Of a DNA stretch of 64,000 nt, positions 1 to 17,475 are shown one piece after another. The DNA is from the human T2T-CHM13v2.0 reference genome, Homo sapiens. How positions within the stretch are numbered: the first letter of the stretch is position 1; each line of letters begins with the position of its first letter. The DNA is taken from NCBI RefSeq assembly GCF_009914755.1, contig NC_060926.1; one strand, given 5' to 3'. The notes below the pieces were generated by a model, which made no database searches, was not told the DNA's origin, and saw nothing but the letters and a program-made list of their open reading frames with translations. The translations under genes were made by a program, and so were the position numbers.

Positions 1-480
1 TGATCCAATCGAGGGTCATACATTATTTTTAATTGTCATACCTCTTTGGACTTCTTTGATCTGGAATGCATTCTTCAGTCTTTGTTTTTCATGACCTTGA
101 CATTTTTGAAAAGTACAAACCATTTATTTTGTGAAATGTCCCTCAATTTGGGCTTTACTGATTGTTCTTCATGTTTATGTTCAGGTTATGCATTTTTGCA
201 GTAATACGGCAGAAGCGATGTGCTCTTGTGAATCCTGTCGAGATGCATGCTATTGGTCCCACTACTGTTAGTGTTAACTTTCACAACTTGGTAAAGGTGG
301 TATATGTCATGTATGTCCATTGTATAGTTGCTATTTTTTTTTCCATTTTTGATTAGTATCTTGTGGGGAGATATTTTGAGTATGTAAAAACATCCTCCTT
401 GTAACCAACTCTTCACAAAATACCGTAAAATCCATTAATGATTTTTGCCTGAAACAATTCCTGACTAGAATTCTATTCTA
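1..480 (-). mobile_element. Old L1M (L1MC/ME-type) 3' UTR fragment
   Basis: T-rich degenerate sequence with L1MC-like phrases (tttgtgaaatgtccctcaatttggg, gttaactttcacaacttggtaaagg, cttgtggggagatattttgag). Subfamily and boundaries approximate. Confidence 0.55.
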
Positions 481-520
481 CATCAACTTGTCTAGCTCCA
501 TAAAAGCGCACGTATTTTTC

Positions 521-1695
<1,175 letters not shown>

Positions 1696-1699
1696 ATGT

Positions 1700-2592
1700 T
1701 GGTATTTTTATTGAGATTGTCTTTCACAAGTATTTTAAAGCTTTTCTCAAATAGCTTTTACATACTTCTGGTTACATTTATTCCTAAGTATTTTATCTTC
1801 CTCATTGTTATTTAATTGGGGTTTCCCTTACCACTCTATTTTCTAACTGGTAGTTATTGATACATATATATATAAAATATTAATTTCTGAATGCCAATTT
1901 TATAGGCTACTAGTTACTGATTTATTATTTGAGTTAGTTTTACCATTGATTTTCTAGTGCAGAAGTCCGCACACTGTATCTTTTCAGTAAAAACACCAGA
2001 CTGTAAATATTTCATTTTTGTGTGCCAAAAAGTTCCTATCACAACTGTTCAATTCTGCTGGTGTAGTGCAAAAGATGACAGAGGCAATACAAAACCAAGT
2101 ATATATGGCTAAATTTGGCTCTCAGTTTGCTAAACCCTGCTCTAGGGTTTTCCAGATATACTATCATATCATCTGCAAATAGAGATAGTTTTATTTCTTC
2201 TGTTCTGTTGTACTTCTACTGATTCCTCTTAACTGTATTGGCTAATATTCCCAGTAATATGATGAATAATAGCGTAATTACTAGATATCCTTGCCTTGCT
2301 CCTGATGGTACTAGTAAAAATGTCCTTGGTGTTTTCCATTATGATGATGACTTTAAGGTGTGTGTGTGTATATATACATATACCTATACATCAAAGGTGT
2401 GTATATATATTTATCATGTTAAGAAAATACCCATCAATTCCTATTTTCTTGAGTGCTTTTATCAGAAGATGTTGATTTTTGTTAAAGGTCTTTGCAGCAT
2501 CTACGGAGATAATTATATGATTTATCTCTATATTTATTAATATCGTATATTAATGGATTGCCTAATATTGAAACAATCTTGTGTTTTTGGAA
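1700..2592 (-). mobile_element. Degenerate L1M ORF2 region, interrupted by a MER58-like hAT MITE at ~1958-2145
   Basis: L1 antisense phrases (catatcatctgcaaatagagatagttt, atatccttgccttgctcctgat). MER58-like core gtaaatattt...ttcaattctgctggtgtagtgcaaaag...gtttgctaaaccctg flanked by tctag sites. Confidence 0.65.
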
Positions 2593-2594
2593 TA

Positions 2595-4118
2595 CAGTTG
2601 ACCCTTGAACAATGTGGGGGCAGCGGTGCTGACTCCCTACTCAGGTGAAAATCTGCACATAACTTTTGACTCCCCAAAAACTTAACTAATAATTGCCTAC
2701 TATTGACCAGAGGCCTTACCTATAACATAGTCAATTAACACATATTTTTTATGTTACATACAATACTGTATTCTTACAATAAAGTAGGCTAGAGAAAAGG
2801 TTATTAAGAAAATCATAAGGGAGAGAAAATACATTTACAGTACTGTACTGTATTTACTGATACTGTAAGTTTATGTCATCTGTTTACAAGATTGTTTACA
2901 GAATTGCCTGTCTGAAATGGAAAAAAAGGCATCTGCAGCTGCACACCTCAATCTATAGTACATCTCAAGCAATTCGACTTCTTATTGTAATGTCATGACT
3001 TCACTGCTTCTTGGTAGCAACTCCAGCATCACTAGTAGCGCTTGGTATGGATCCTATAGTGTTACTCAAGGTTTACGGTATTACACTAAACAGGATAAAG
3101 AATACATGAGAATTGCAAAAGATCACTTTTTACTGTGATACAGTGCCATTTACTGAAGAGATGAACTGCTCATCTGGAGATGATAAGTATCATAAGGACT
3201 TTTAAGCATATACTATGAACACTTGAGCTCACCACAATAGCAATAGGAAGCAGCTGCAAAATTACTACAGCAGTACAACGTGCTACAATTAACTTTATGC
3301 AGTTATTAATACTGCATCATTCTGCTTGCTTACATTTATCTCCACTGTGAATGATGCCATGTATGATCTATGTTTATATGTGTAAGTTTTGACAAACTTT
3401 AACTTTTTATATCAGATTTGTGTATATTTTATGGTAGCAAATGATAAAATAGACTAGTACCTACATATATTTCATGCATTCATGATATACCTAACTTTTT
3501 CTTAATTTTTTTTTTCTTTTTGAGATGGAGTCTCACTCTGTTGCCCAGGCTAGAGTGCAGTGGCACAATCTCAGCTCACGGTAACCTCTGACTCCCAGGT
3601 TCAAGCGATTCTCCTGCCTCAGCCTCCCGAGTAGCTGGGAGTACAGGCACGCACAGTACCATGGCCAGCTAATTTTTTGTATTTTTAGTAGAGACGGGGT
3701 TTCACCATGTTGGCCAGGCTGGTCTTGACCTCCTGACCTCAGGTGATCTGTCCACCTCGGCCTCCCAAAGCGCTGGGATTACAGGCATGAGCCACCGTGC
3801 CTGGCTTCTTAATTTTTTTCAATATTTCTAGGCTATGTGGTTCATCTGCAAGTTTTTTCAAATTGTCACAAATCTTCAGAAAATATTCCAATATATTTAT
3901 TGAAACAAGTCTGCAGAATCTGGGCATGGTGGCACACGCCTGTAATCGCAGTTACTCAGGAGGCTGAGGCTGGAGGATCACTTGAGGCCAGGAGTTCAAG
4001 ATCAGTCTGGGCAACATAGTGAGGCCTGTCTCTTTAAAATAAAAAATTAAAAAATAAAAAAAATCTACAAATAAATGGACCTGTGCAGTTCAAACTTGTT
4101 TTGCTCAAGGGTCAACTG
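2595..4118 (+). mobile_element. Tigger2b-like Tc1/mariner (pogo) DNA transposon with two nested Alus (~3510-3805 minus; ~3920-4060 FLAM-like plus)
   Basis: Terminal inverted repeats CAGTTGACCCTTGAACAA (2595) and TTGCTCAAGGGTCAACTG (ends 4118), each flanked by a TA duplication (2593-94, 4119-20). About 1.06 kb after removing the Alus. Confidence 0.85.
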
Positions 4119-4149
4119 TAAATCCCATATGGTCATAATATGTTATTTT

Positions 4150-5220
4150 ATTTTAGAGACAGAGTTTCATTCTGTCACCAAGGCTGTAGCACAATGGTAC
4201 CACAGCTCAGTAGTACTATCGAGTACAATAGCTCACAGCCTTGAACCCCTTGGCTCAAGCCATCCTCCTTTCTCAGTTTCCCAAGTAGCTAGGACTACAG
4301 GTACGTGCCACCATGCCAGTTAATTTTCAAATTTTTTTGTAGACATAGGGTCTCACTGGTCTTGAACTCCTGGCTTCAAGTGATCCTCCTGTGTTGACCT
4401 CCAAAAGCACTGGGTTTATAGGTGTAAGCCACCATGCCCAGCTTATTTTCCTAACATATGACATTGGAATTTGTTTGTTAATATTTTATTTAGTAATGGT
4501 ATCAATACATACAATTGATATTGGTTTGTAATTTTTTTTCTTTTTTGTGCTGTCTTTAGGAATTGGTATTATCCATGTTCAATGCTCAGCACCAGTTTAC
4601 GGAGCATTGAGAATATCTTTGAGTGTTTCACAGATTATCTCTATAAAACCATCTGGGACTGGTGCTTTTTTATGAGGTGGATCCTTGATATTCTTTTCTA
4701 TTTCTTCTACAGAAATTAAACTTTCTCAAATGTGGCCAATTTTGATGAAATATATTTGCCTTAAAAATAAACTTTTTTTTTTTTTTTTTTTTTGAGACAG
4801 GGTCTCACCCTGCCTCCCAGGCTAAGCGCAATGGTGAGATCATGGCTCACTGCAGTCTCCACCTCCAAGGCTCAAGCGATCCTCCCATCTGAGTCTCCCA
4901 AGTAGCTGGGACCATAGGCATGTGCCACCATACCTGGCTAAGTTTTTATTTTTTGTAGAGTCAGGGTCTCACTATGTTGTCCAGGCTGGTCTTAAACTCC
5001 TAGATTCAAGGGATCCTCACACCTTGACCTCTCAAAGTGTGAGTCATTGCACCTGACCATCTTTTTTTTTTTTTTAAGAGATGGGGTCTCATTATGTTGC
5101 CCAGGCTGGAGTACCGTGACTATTCACAGATGCAGCCTTAAACTCCTGGTCTCAAGCAATCCTCCTTCCTCAGCCTCTTGAGTAACTGGGACTGACAGGT
5201 GTGTACTACTGTGCCCAGCT
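4150..5220 (-). mobile_element. Three antisense AluJ-type elements or fragments (~4150-4443, ~4773-5060, ~5062-5220) within L1 remnant
   Basis: Antisense Alu consensus phrases with poly(T) heads. Confidence 0.85.
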
Positions 5221-5339
5221 GAAAATTACTTTTTTCATTTAAGTTTTCAAACTTATTTGGAAAGAAAAGTAGGTTCTTATATTTTTCAAAATTGAGGTAT
5301 AATTTACATATCATAAAATTCACCCCTAGGTTTTCAAGT

Positions 5340-5716
5340 GTTGTGTCTCCCTCCCCAACTAAATTCACGTGTGGAAGTCCTAACACCTCTAGTACCTTAG
5401 AATGTGATTGAATTTGGAGATGGGACCTTTAAAGAGACAAGTAAGGTAAAATGTCATATATGTGGGCCCTAATTCAATATGACTGGTGTCCTTATAAGAG
5501 GAGGTTAGGACACAGACAACACACAGACCAAGGGGTGACCATGTGAGGCCACAGGGAAGTTAGCCATCTACAAGCCAAAAAAGAGGCCTGAGAATGAAAA
5601 CAACCCTTGAGACATTTTGACTGTGGACTTCTAGACTCCACACGGTGAGAAAATACATTTCTGTTGCCACCAGCCTGTAGTATTATTTGTTATGACAGTC
5701 CTAACAAACAAATACA
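5340..5716 (+). mobile_element. MLT1 (MLT1A/B-type) MaLR LTR inserted in L1MB
   Basis: aaattcacgtgtggaagtcctaac...gaatgtgattgaatttggagatggg...tatgactggtgtccttataagag...gacttctagactcca...gtgagaaaatacatttctgttg...aacaaataca. Confidence 0.8.
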
Positions 5717-7092
5717 TAAAATATATAATCCAGTGGCTTTTAGTATATTCACAAGTTCATAAAACAAACACCACTATCTAGTTGCAGAACATTTTCATCA
5801 CCTCAAAAAGAAACCCTATACTCATTAGCAGTCACTCCTACCTCTTGCTTTTCCCAGTACCTGGGAACCACTTATCTGTTTTGTATCTCTATGGATTTGC
5901 CTATTCTGGACAGTGATATAAATGGAATAATACAATGTGACCTTTTATGTTTGGTTTCCATCTCTAATGATAATGTTTTCAAAGTTCATCCATGTTGCAG
6001 CATGCAGCAGAACTTCATTCCTTTTTAAGGCTAAATAATATTCCACTGGATGGATATACCACATTTTGTTTATCCATTCATCCATTGTTGCACATTTCAG
6101 TTGTTTCCACATTTTGACTACTATGACATGAACATTTGTGTATAGGGTTTTGTGTGACATGTGTTTTCAGTCCTCCTGAGTATATACTTAGTAACGATAT
6201 TGCTGAGTCATATGGTAACTATAATTAAACTTTTGAGGACTGCTAAACTGCTTTCCCAAACAGCTGTACCATTTTACATTCCTAACAGCAATATATGCAG
6301 GTACCAACTTTCTACATCCTCATCAACATTTTTTACTGTCTAGGTTTTTTATTGTAGCCATATTAGTGTGTGTGAATAAATACTTCCCTTGTGGTTTTGA
6401 TTTACATTTCCCTAATGACTGCTGAGGCTGAGCATATATTTATTGTCTATTTTTTATGCATTTATTGACTATTTTTATATCTTCTTTAGAAAAATATCTA
6501 TTTAAATCCTTTGCCAATTTTACAATAATGATTGTAAGCTATTTTACAATTAGATTATTTGTGTTTTTATTGTTGAGTTTTAAGAGGTTCTTTATTCTGG
6601 ATACAGGTGCCTTGTCATATATAGGATTTACAACCTTTTTCTCACATTCTATGTGTTGTCTTTTCGCTTGCTTAGTGGTATCCTTTGAAGCAAAAGGTTT
6701 TCGTTTGTTTTACTTTATGAGGTCCAATTTATCTAGTTTTCTTTGGTTGCTTATACTTGAAGGTGTCATATCTAAAAAAAAAAACCACTAGTAAGTCTGA
6801 GGTCAAGAATACTTACATGTAATATTCACATTACAATTTTTTCTACAAGTTGTATAGTTTTAGTACTTAAAGTTAGATCTTTAATCCATTTTTAAATGAA
6901 TTTTTGTGCATGGTGTGAGGTAGGGGTCCAACTTCATTCTCTGCATGTCAATTTCCATTTATCCCAGCATCATTTGTTAGAGAGGTTTTTCTTCCCCCAT
7001 TGAATTATCTTGGCATTCTTGAAGAAAATGAATTGACCATAAATATAAGGGTCTAGTTATAAAGTCTCAGTTCTATTCCATTGATCTATATA
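5716..7092 (-). mobile_element. L1MB 3' end and ORF2 C-terminal region
   Basis: ORF 5945..6160(-) gives the L1 ORF2p C-terminal motif WKQLKCATMDEWINKMWYIHPVEYYLALKRNEVLLHAATWMNFENII; typical L1MB 3' UTR. Confidence 0.85.
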
Positions 7093-7099
7093 TCTTTTT

Positions 7100-10000
7100 T
7101 TATTTTTTATTTTTATTTTTTTTGAGATGCAGTCTCACTCTGTCGCCCAGGCTGGAGTGCAGTGGCGTGATCTTGGCTCATTGCAACCTCTGCCTCCTGG
7201 GTTCAAGTGATTCTCCTGCCACAGCCTCCTGAGTAGCTAGGAATACAGACACGCATGCCACCATGCCTGGCTGAGTCCTTTTGTTTGTTTTAGTAGAGAC
7301 AGGGTTTCATCATGCTGGTCAGACTAGTCTTGAACTCTTGACCTCAAGCGATCCCCAGCCTTAGCCTCCCAAAGTGCTGGGATGACAAGTGTGAGCCACC
7401 ACACCTGGTCTATATATCTATCTTTATGCCTGCGTTTCTTAGGAGGGGGTTATAGGTATTTTCACAAATGAACCTCATTGCCTATTTTTTATTTTACCTT
7501 CATTTTCTATTTTCTTTCAAAATTGTTTATATATAGTTAAAGGTCCTGTCACTTCTTCTTTTCTGTGAACAGGACTGGCTGTTTGAAATAGCTTACAAGA
7601 TTCCCAGTTCAAAAATGACTTCTGCTTTTACTAAAGTATGGTTTCTTTATTAGTTGGATTTGGGGGCAAGGCAGCGTGAGATTTGTCCTCCAATTAAAAA
7701 AATATTTTTCTGTCTTGCAGGATCCTAAATTTTTCCCTTCTATATTTTTCTTAACTGTTTAGTTTTCAGAGGGCATTTATCCCTTCCTTTTTTACCCTCT
7801 TCTCCCCTAATGAGTGCCTTTCCAAAACTGCCTTTTTGAGTCCCATATACACTTTTAAGTCCCTTCCCTGTAGTCTCCTCTGATCTATCAGTATTTCTTA
7901 GGAGCAAATTCTTCTGGAAATGTCTTTAGATCAGTATCTTAAGCCTGTCACTAGCTTCTTTCTTCTCCTGTGCAGTTTTTCCCAGATCACCCTTGCTTTC
8001 CACCACAGCTTGCACAAAGGCATGAATAATGGCTGGCTAGGATTTAGTATGTATTTTTCTACTTACAGATAATTTGAAGTTGGAACATTCTCTGCATTCT
8101 AACATTAACATATGGTTATATGCAGTGTTTTTTTGTTTTGTTTTGTTTTGTTCTGAGACGGAGTCTTGCTCTGTCACCAAGGCTGGAGTGCAGTGGCGCC
8201 ATCTCGGCTCACTGCAACCTCCGCCTCCCGGGTTCAAGTGACTCTCCATGCCTCAGCCTCCCAAGTAGCTGCGACTACAGGCGCGTGCCACCACACTCGG
8301 CTAATTGTTGTATTTTTGTAGGGACAGGATTTCACCATATTGGTCATGCTGGTCTTGAACTCCTGACTTCAGGTGATTCACTTGCCTCAGCCTCCCAAAG
8401 TGCTGGGATTACAGGTGTGAGTCACTGTGCCCAGCCTGGTTATGTGTAGTCTTATTTGTTCATCTTTATTGGTTTTCAGAGGATGTGTGAGGATTTTCAG
8501 AGTAATGCATTTGCCACTACTTTAGCTCCCCAATCTTTTAATAGTTTTGTAAATATTTTGCCTGCTTGTTTTTTTTGGATAAAGAATTGTCAGGTTTTTA
8601 ATGGTCTGGGATATGTCTATTCTAGCATTACAATGGTAATACTGCTTAAGGATAATATTGAAATTGGCTAATCTTAATTGACTCATTGGTTAATATATAC
8701 TAAGATAAATTCTTCCAAAAGATACTATACTCCTACCATAACAAACAATTCATAAATAATGTGATATCTAATCAGAAATTACAATAGAAAAAAACACTGT
8801 TCACTAAAATCCAAAATAATGTAAAAGTCTTTTATGCAAAAGGAGCTACTTGCTTTTTAGGGGCTTTCTCCATTAGGACAATCATTTTTATATTTAAACA
8901 GTCAAGTTCAATAAATAAGTAGTTTATCACCCTGGCTATATGAAAGAGTATTTGAATCACAGTCTATAACAATTTTGGCTTTTTTTGCACTTTGCTTACC
9001 AGAAGAGAATCTATGTAACTTAATGATCATGATATTAAAAACAAAATATTGAATGAAATTACTATCTTCTTAAATATAAATATCTTATATAAATATGTTT
9101 ATACTTAGAGGATTTTACCTTGGAATCCTCATTTTAATAAAGACATTTCTTTAAACTGCCATGACAATATTTTTATTGTCAAGTTTATTCTTGGAGGTAC
9201 AATAGTATTTCTTAGCATTACACTGATTTTATTTTATATGCGGGTTAGAGTTGAGTAACGGAAATTTGGAACTACTCAGGTTCCATCAGTTAAATACTGT
9301 GTGGTCTTAGGTAAGTAACTTTGCCTCCCTCAGCTTTTGTTTTTTCATATGAAATATGGAATTAATTTAACAATACCTATTATAAGAGAGATTTTGAAAG
9401 TTTAGTGTTTGTAAAATACTTTGAATATCAGAATGAAAAGACTCCATTGCAAATTACTAACAATTATAAATTTGCCCAGTACATATTAGTATGCTAATCA
9501 CCAATGCTAGAAGTTTCATTGCAGTACCTGGTGAGTTTAAGAGTTTTCCACGAATCTACTCTCTCTACTTAGTATAAAAATATTTTACTAGGCCAGGCAT
9601 AGTGGCTCATGCCTGTAATCCCAACACTTTGGGATGCTGAGGTGGGAGGATTGCTTGAGTCCATTGAGTTTGAGACCAGCGGGGCAATATAGCAATACCC
9701 CAGCTCTACAAAAAATAAAAAATTAGCTGGGCATGGTAGCGTGCACCTATGGTCCCAGCTACTCAGATGACTTGAGCCCAGGAGTTTGAGGCTGCAGTGA
9801 GCTGTGACTGCACCACTGCACTCCAGCCTAGGCAACAGAGCAAGACCGTGTCCCCCACCATCCCACAAAAAAAAAAAAACAAAAAAAACAAAGAAAAAGA
9901 GAATGTTTAGCCCTTTCTAGTAAGTACTATATATTATATAGTATTGAAAACTGCCTACTTTTTCTCCTCAATATAAAAATATTTTAATATGGACTACTGC

Positions 10001-10900
10001 TACTTCATATATTAAGAATGTTTAGCCCTTCTCATCACATTTTTATAAAATAGTGAGCTGACTTTAATAATCCCCTAAATCAATGCTTTCTTTCTCAATA
10101 CTTCTTAGGAGTTAAAAATCTGACTATTCATTTTATAATTTTATCCAAAGCAATAATAATTTTAAAATTTCTAATAGTTATAAATATTTCTTACATAATT
10201 GAATAGTAACTTGAACTGAAGATTTTCTTTAGCAAGAAGACAATATTTACTCTGTCTAAAACATATTAGTACATATGCACTGCTACCAGATAATTACTAC
10301 TTAACTTCTTTAAGCAATTTAAAACACAAAAAACCACAGCAACGTGTCTGCTCATTATTTCAACATTTATTGAGTGCCTATAGCTTGCAAGGATTGTCTT
10401 CTGGTAATCCTGGATACCAGAAGTAGCATGTGGTAACAGAGCAAGGAATATAGGGTGGTAGCAGACACACCCAGTATCCTCAGTGGGGCTGATAACATAC
10501 AATCTCCCTTGTAAAACTGTGATACACTTTCCTTGGAAGTTTTTGGATTGTATAGAAAATCAATACTTAGGTTGCTCCAAGCACATCAACACTATTATTA
10601 AAAAGCTCCAGGGTCAGGCACAGTGGCTCAAGCTTATAATCCCAACACTTAGGGAGGCCAAGATGAGAGGATTGCTTTAGGCCAGGAGTTTGAGACAAGC
10701 CTGGGCAACACAGTGAGACCCCACCTTTTTTAAAAAAATGAGCTGAGTGTGGTGGTGCAGGCCTGTAGTCCTAGGTACTTTGGAAGCTGAGTCAGGAGGA
10801 TCACTTGAGCCCAGGAGTTTGAGGTTGCAGTGAACTCTGATCACACCACTGCACTCCAGCCTAGGTGACAGAGCAAGACCCTGTCTCTTAGAGGACAAAA
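7100..10900. mobile_element. Dispersed SINEs: Alu(-) ~7100-7410, Alu(-) ~8125-8437, MIR ~9250-9430, AluJ(+) ~9591-9900, AluJ(+) ~10611-10900
   Basis: Alu dimer consensus with A/T tails; MIR core (ctgtgtggtcttaggtaagtaacttt...cctcagctttt). Confidence 0.85.
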
Positions 10901-11189
10901 AAAAAGAGCTGGGGTTAGAAACAAACTGATTTTTCAAAGTTTATTCTTCATAGAGCTTACAATAAATCAGTGGAAAAATGCTGTTCAATATTTTGCCTCA
11001 GCACTTTGATTAATCAGTCACTCCTAATGTTGCTTCTTACTTCTTTCTACCCATCTGAATCCTACCCTTTTCTGGGCCCAGTTGTAAAGCCACATCCACA
11101 AAACCTACAATATATTTTATTCACTCTTAATTACAAGGAATTTTATCAACTCACAACTCCTAGAACTTTATCTATGCTGCTTATCTGCC

Positions 11190-11500
11190 ATGTTCTGGAG
11201 TCTGGGAACTCCAACATCAAGATGCCAGCTGGACTGGTATCTGGTGAGAGCTACTCTCTGCTTTCAAGATGGCACTTTGTTGCTGCTTCCTCTAGAGAGG
11301 AGGAATGTTGTCTCTTAACATGACAGAAAAGAAGAGAGTGAACCCACTCCCCTCAAGCCCTTTTTCAAGGGCCCTAATCCCATCCATGAAGGCTCTGCCC
11401 TTATGACTTAATCACCTCACAAGTGCTCCAGCTCTTAACTATCACATTGGTAGTATTATAATACTATTCATGAATTTTGGAGGACATTCAGACCATAGAA
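11190..11500 (-). mobile_element. MST/MLT1A-type MaLR LTR fragment
   Basis: gttctggagtctgggaactccaacatcaagatgccagc...ccctaatcccatccatgaaggctctgcccttatgacttaatcacctc...catgaattttggaggacattcagaccatag. Confidence 0.75.
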
Positions 11501-11557
11501 CTTCACTAATGGCAGACTTAGAATTTAATAGCAGACTTAGAATTTACAAAACAATTA

Positions 11558-12185
<628 letters not shown>

Positions 12186-12979
12186 TTCTATCTAACTTAA
12201 GTTCCATTTAGCAGAATCTTTTTACACTAATTGGTAAGACAAACAATTTCTCAATTTCATAAAGTGATGTCTAATTTTTATTAGAGAAAGATGTTCAAAT
12301 AAAATTTATATTAAATTCCTAGTTGTTACACAGATTAAATATGTGATTTAATCATGCTTAACATTAGAGCAAATTTAATTGGCAAACACATTTTTCATTA
12401 AAGAAAAATATTACAAAACTTCGTTTTACTATACTAAATAGAAGAATGCTTGGTCTCTCATAAAAACTACAGAATAAAATGTATTTCTAATCAATGGAAA
12501 TAAAAAAGTTTTAATATATTCTATAAATGAAACCTCAATGTCTCTAGTGTCTGAGTCACAAACCACCAAGCTAGAAGACACATTTATTGTAAAATACAAT
12601 TTATACATACAATTTCAAGTGAGAATTTTAAAACAAAGTTAATTTAGTTATAGACACAAACAGAATCTGTTCTTTTTTTATTTTTCTTCTCATTAATTTC
12701 TGTAAATAATAATGAAGGCCACTCTAATGTATTTCTTGATTTTTAATAGGAGTATATAGTCTCATTCTTAAGCATTGAGGATCTGTATCATTCCTTTTTT
12801 TTAGATACAGGTAACTTACTCATCTGTATGGATTGATGGATGCTAAATTCAAACTTTAAAAAAATTCAGGGAAAAGAGGGAAATGTTCTGTTACAACTAA
12901 TTAAAAATGTACAATGTATTTTTTAATAGTTGTATTTGTAGTTTTAAAATTTGACTTCATATTTTATTCTTCTTAAATT

Positions 12980-13378
<399 letters not shown>

Positions 13379-14109
13379 ATTCTTAAATATATTTTATATC
13401 CACACCTACCTTAATTTGTGTAGATTTTTTTCACTACATATCTGTGCCAATTTTGTTCTGACAAAGTTTAAATTCTACATTTGGTTCTGCTAACAAAAAC
13501 CAAAAATCTTCTAAGCAAGATGTAAAAGCTTCTATTCAATGTCTAAGAATTGTTTTTCTCCCATTTTGGTCGGTTAAAAAGCAAAGTGTTATATTTTTAA
13601 TTATTTCTATACATTCTTTCTTTTAATCAGAATTAATGCTAATCATGTCTATGTAGCTTTCTTCTAAGCACAGACAAGAGTAAACACTAGCAGTTTTTAT
13701 TTCTGGATATTATCAAGAATTATTAAAATTTAACTTAAAAACTCTTTGCCCAGACTTTATAAAGACAAATTTTCATCTGCCCAATTAATTTTTAATGCTA
13801 CTATTTAATTAATGACTCATTCTTAATACATCCCATTAAAGTCTTGACATACAACTTTACAAAAAAATTTTTATTTTAGTAGTCCTCTAATTTGTATTAT
13901 TATCAGTAATAACAAAATAGATGGATCTGGAAAGCATTTGGTTATTAACAGAAGAAAGTGAAGCCTAATGCAAAACAGTCATATCATTATGTTTATAAAA
14001 CTGTTAAAGGGCTTACAAGGAAATCAAATATTCATTAAAATTGTTTTTCACATTTTCATTCCTATCATAGGACCCCCAATACGCAAAAACATGTTTAAAA
14101 CTTTCTTTT

Positions 14110-14745
<636 letters not shown>

Positions 14746-14952
14746 AAGGCTTTCCATTTAAGTAACTATTTGTGATAAACATAAGCTTAAAAAATACCTT
14801 AATAAATGGACTTTAAAACAATGAAATAATCACTTCTACCCCCCGCAAAAAAAAGCTTTCCCACAAATGTAGTCAAAATTAATCCTATGCAAACAAACAA
14901 AAAAAGCGCTGAGTTAAATATCCTTTAAAAACTGAATTAAAATTCAATTTTG

Positions 14953-16672
<1,720 letters not shown>

Positions 16673-16876
16673 TAGTTACCACTTCTTATAACTGAACAAG
16701 TAGGTGACAGAAAAACATAACAGTAATAATAAATGAGAAAGATTCAAAAGATAGGTAAGCAATATTTTGTTTTCTGAATAGTTTAACATTTATAGTTCTG
16801 AATAGTTTAGTTTTCAGAATAGAAAACCCAGAAATATATTCAGCATAAATTTAAAAATTCAATATATAACAAAGGT

Positions 16877-16941
16877 GGTCTTTCTAATTACAGAATTAGC
16901 CTTTCTAATTACAGAATTGGTCTTTCTAATTACAGAATTAG
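16877..16941 (+). repeat. 21-bp tandem repeat, 3 copies (core CTTTCTAATTACAGAATT)
   Basis: Units start at 16880, 16901 and 16922. Confidence 0.9.
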
Positions 16942-17432
16942 AATGCTACTGGCACACCTGGCTATCTATTGAGAAGACAAAAAAATTAGATCCTATTATC
17001 TTATTCCATATACAAAAATGATAAATTTTTTAAGATGTAAGAGATCAATTGAGAATAATTAAGCACAACCTGGAAAATGTAGGATACTGCCTGATAATAT
17101 CAAAGGATAAGTAAGATTTTTTAAGCTAAACTGGAAACCTAGAACTTATTAAAGAAATCATTGACACATTTTACCATCTAAACCTATCTATGGCAAAAAA
17201 TACTACATGTAAAATCAATAGAAATGAAAAAAACACTGTGAAAGCAGCAGAGTGATAATATCTATTACAAACCAAAAGCAAAGGCTAAACAACTAAACAT
17301 CAATAGGGATTTAGAGAAAAGGTACTATAGAATGAAAAAAGTTAGATGAAGATGCATGCTTAAATTTGATTTCATTTTATAAATTAAATGGTTAAAAAAA
17401 CTCCATCAATACCAGTATTTCTGTAAACATAT

Positions 17433-17436
<4 letters not shown>

Positions 17437-17471
<35 letters not shown>

Positions 17472-17475
17472 ACAC
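17437..17475 (+). repeat. (CA)n microsatellite
   Basis: Direct observation; one interruption. Confidence 0.95.

Noticed and set aside
9525-9530. Plus-strand 6-nt microexon pattern ttcattgcag|TACCTG|gtgagt
   Set aside because: It lies upstream of the MARCHF7 promoter with no plus-strand host transcript evident; likely chance.
16877-16941. Direct repeats as a CRISPR-like array
   Set aside because: Head-to-tail tandem units with no spacers, in primate DNA with no cas genes.
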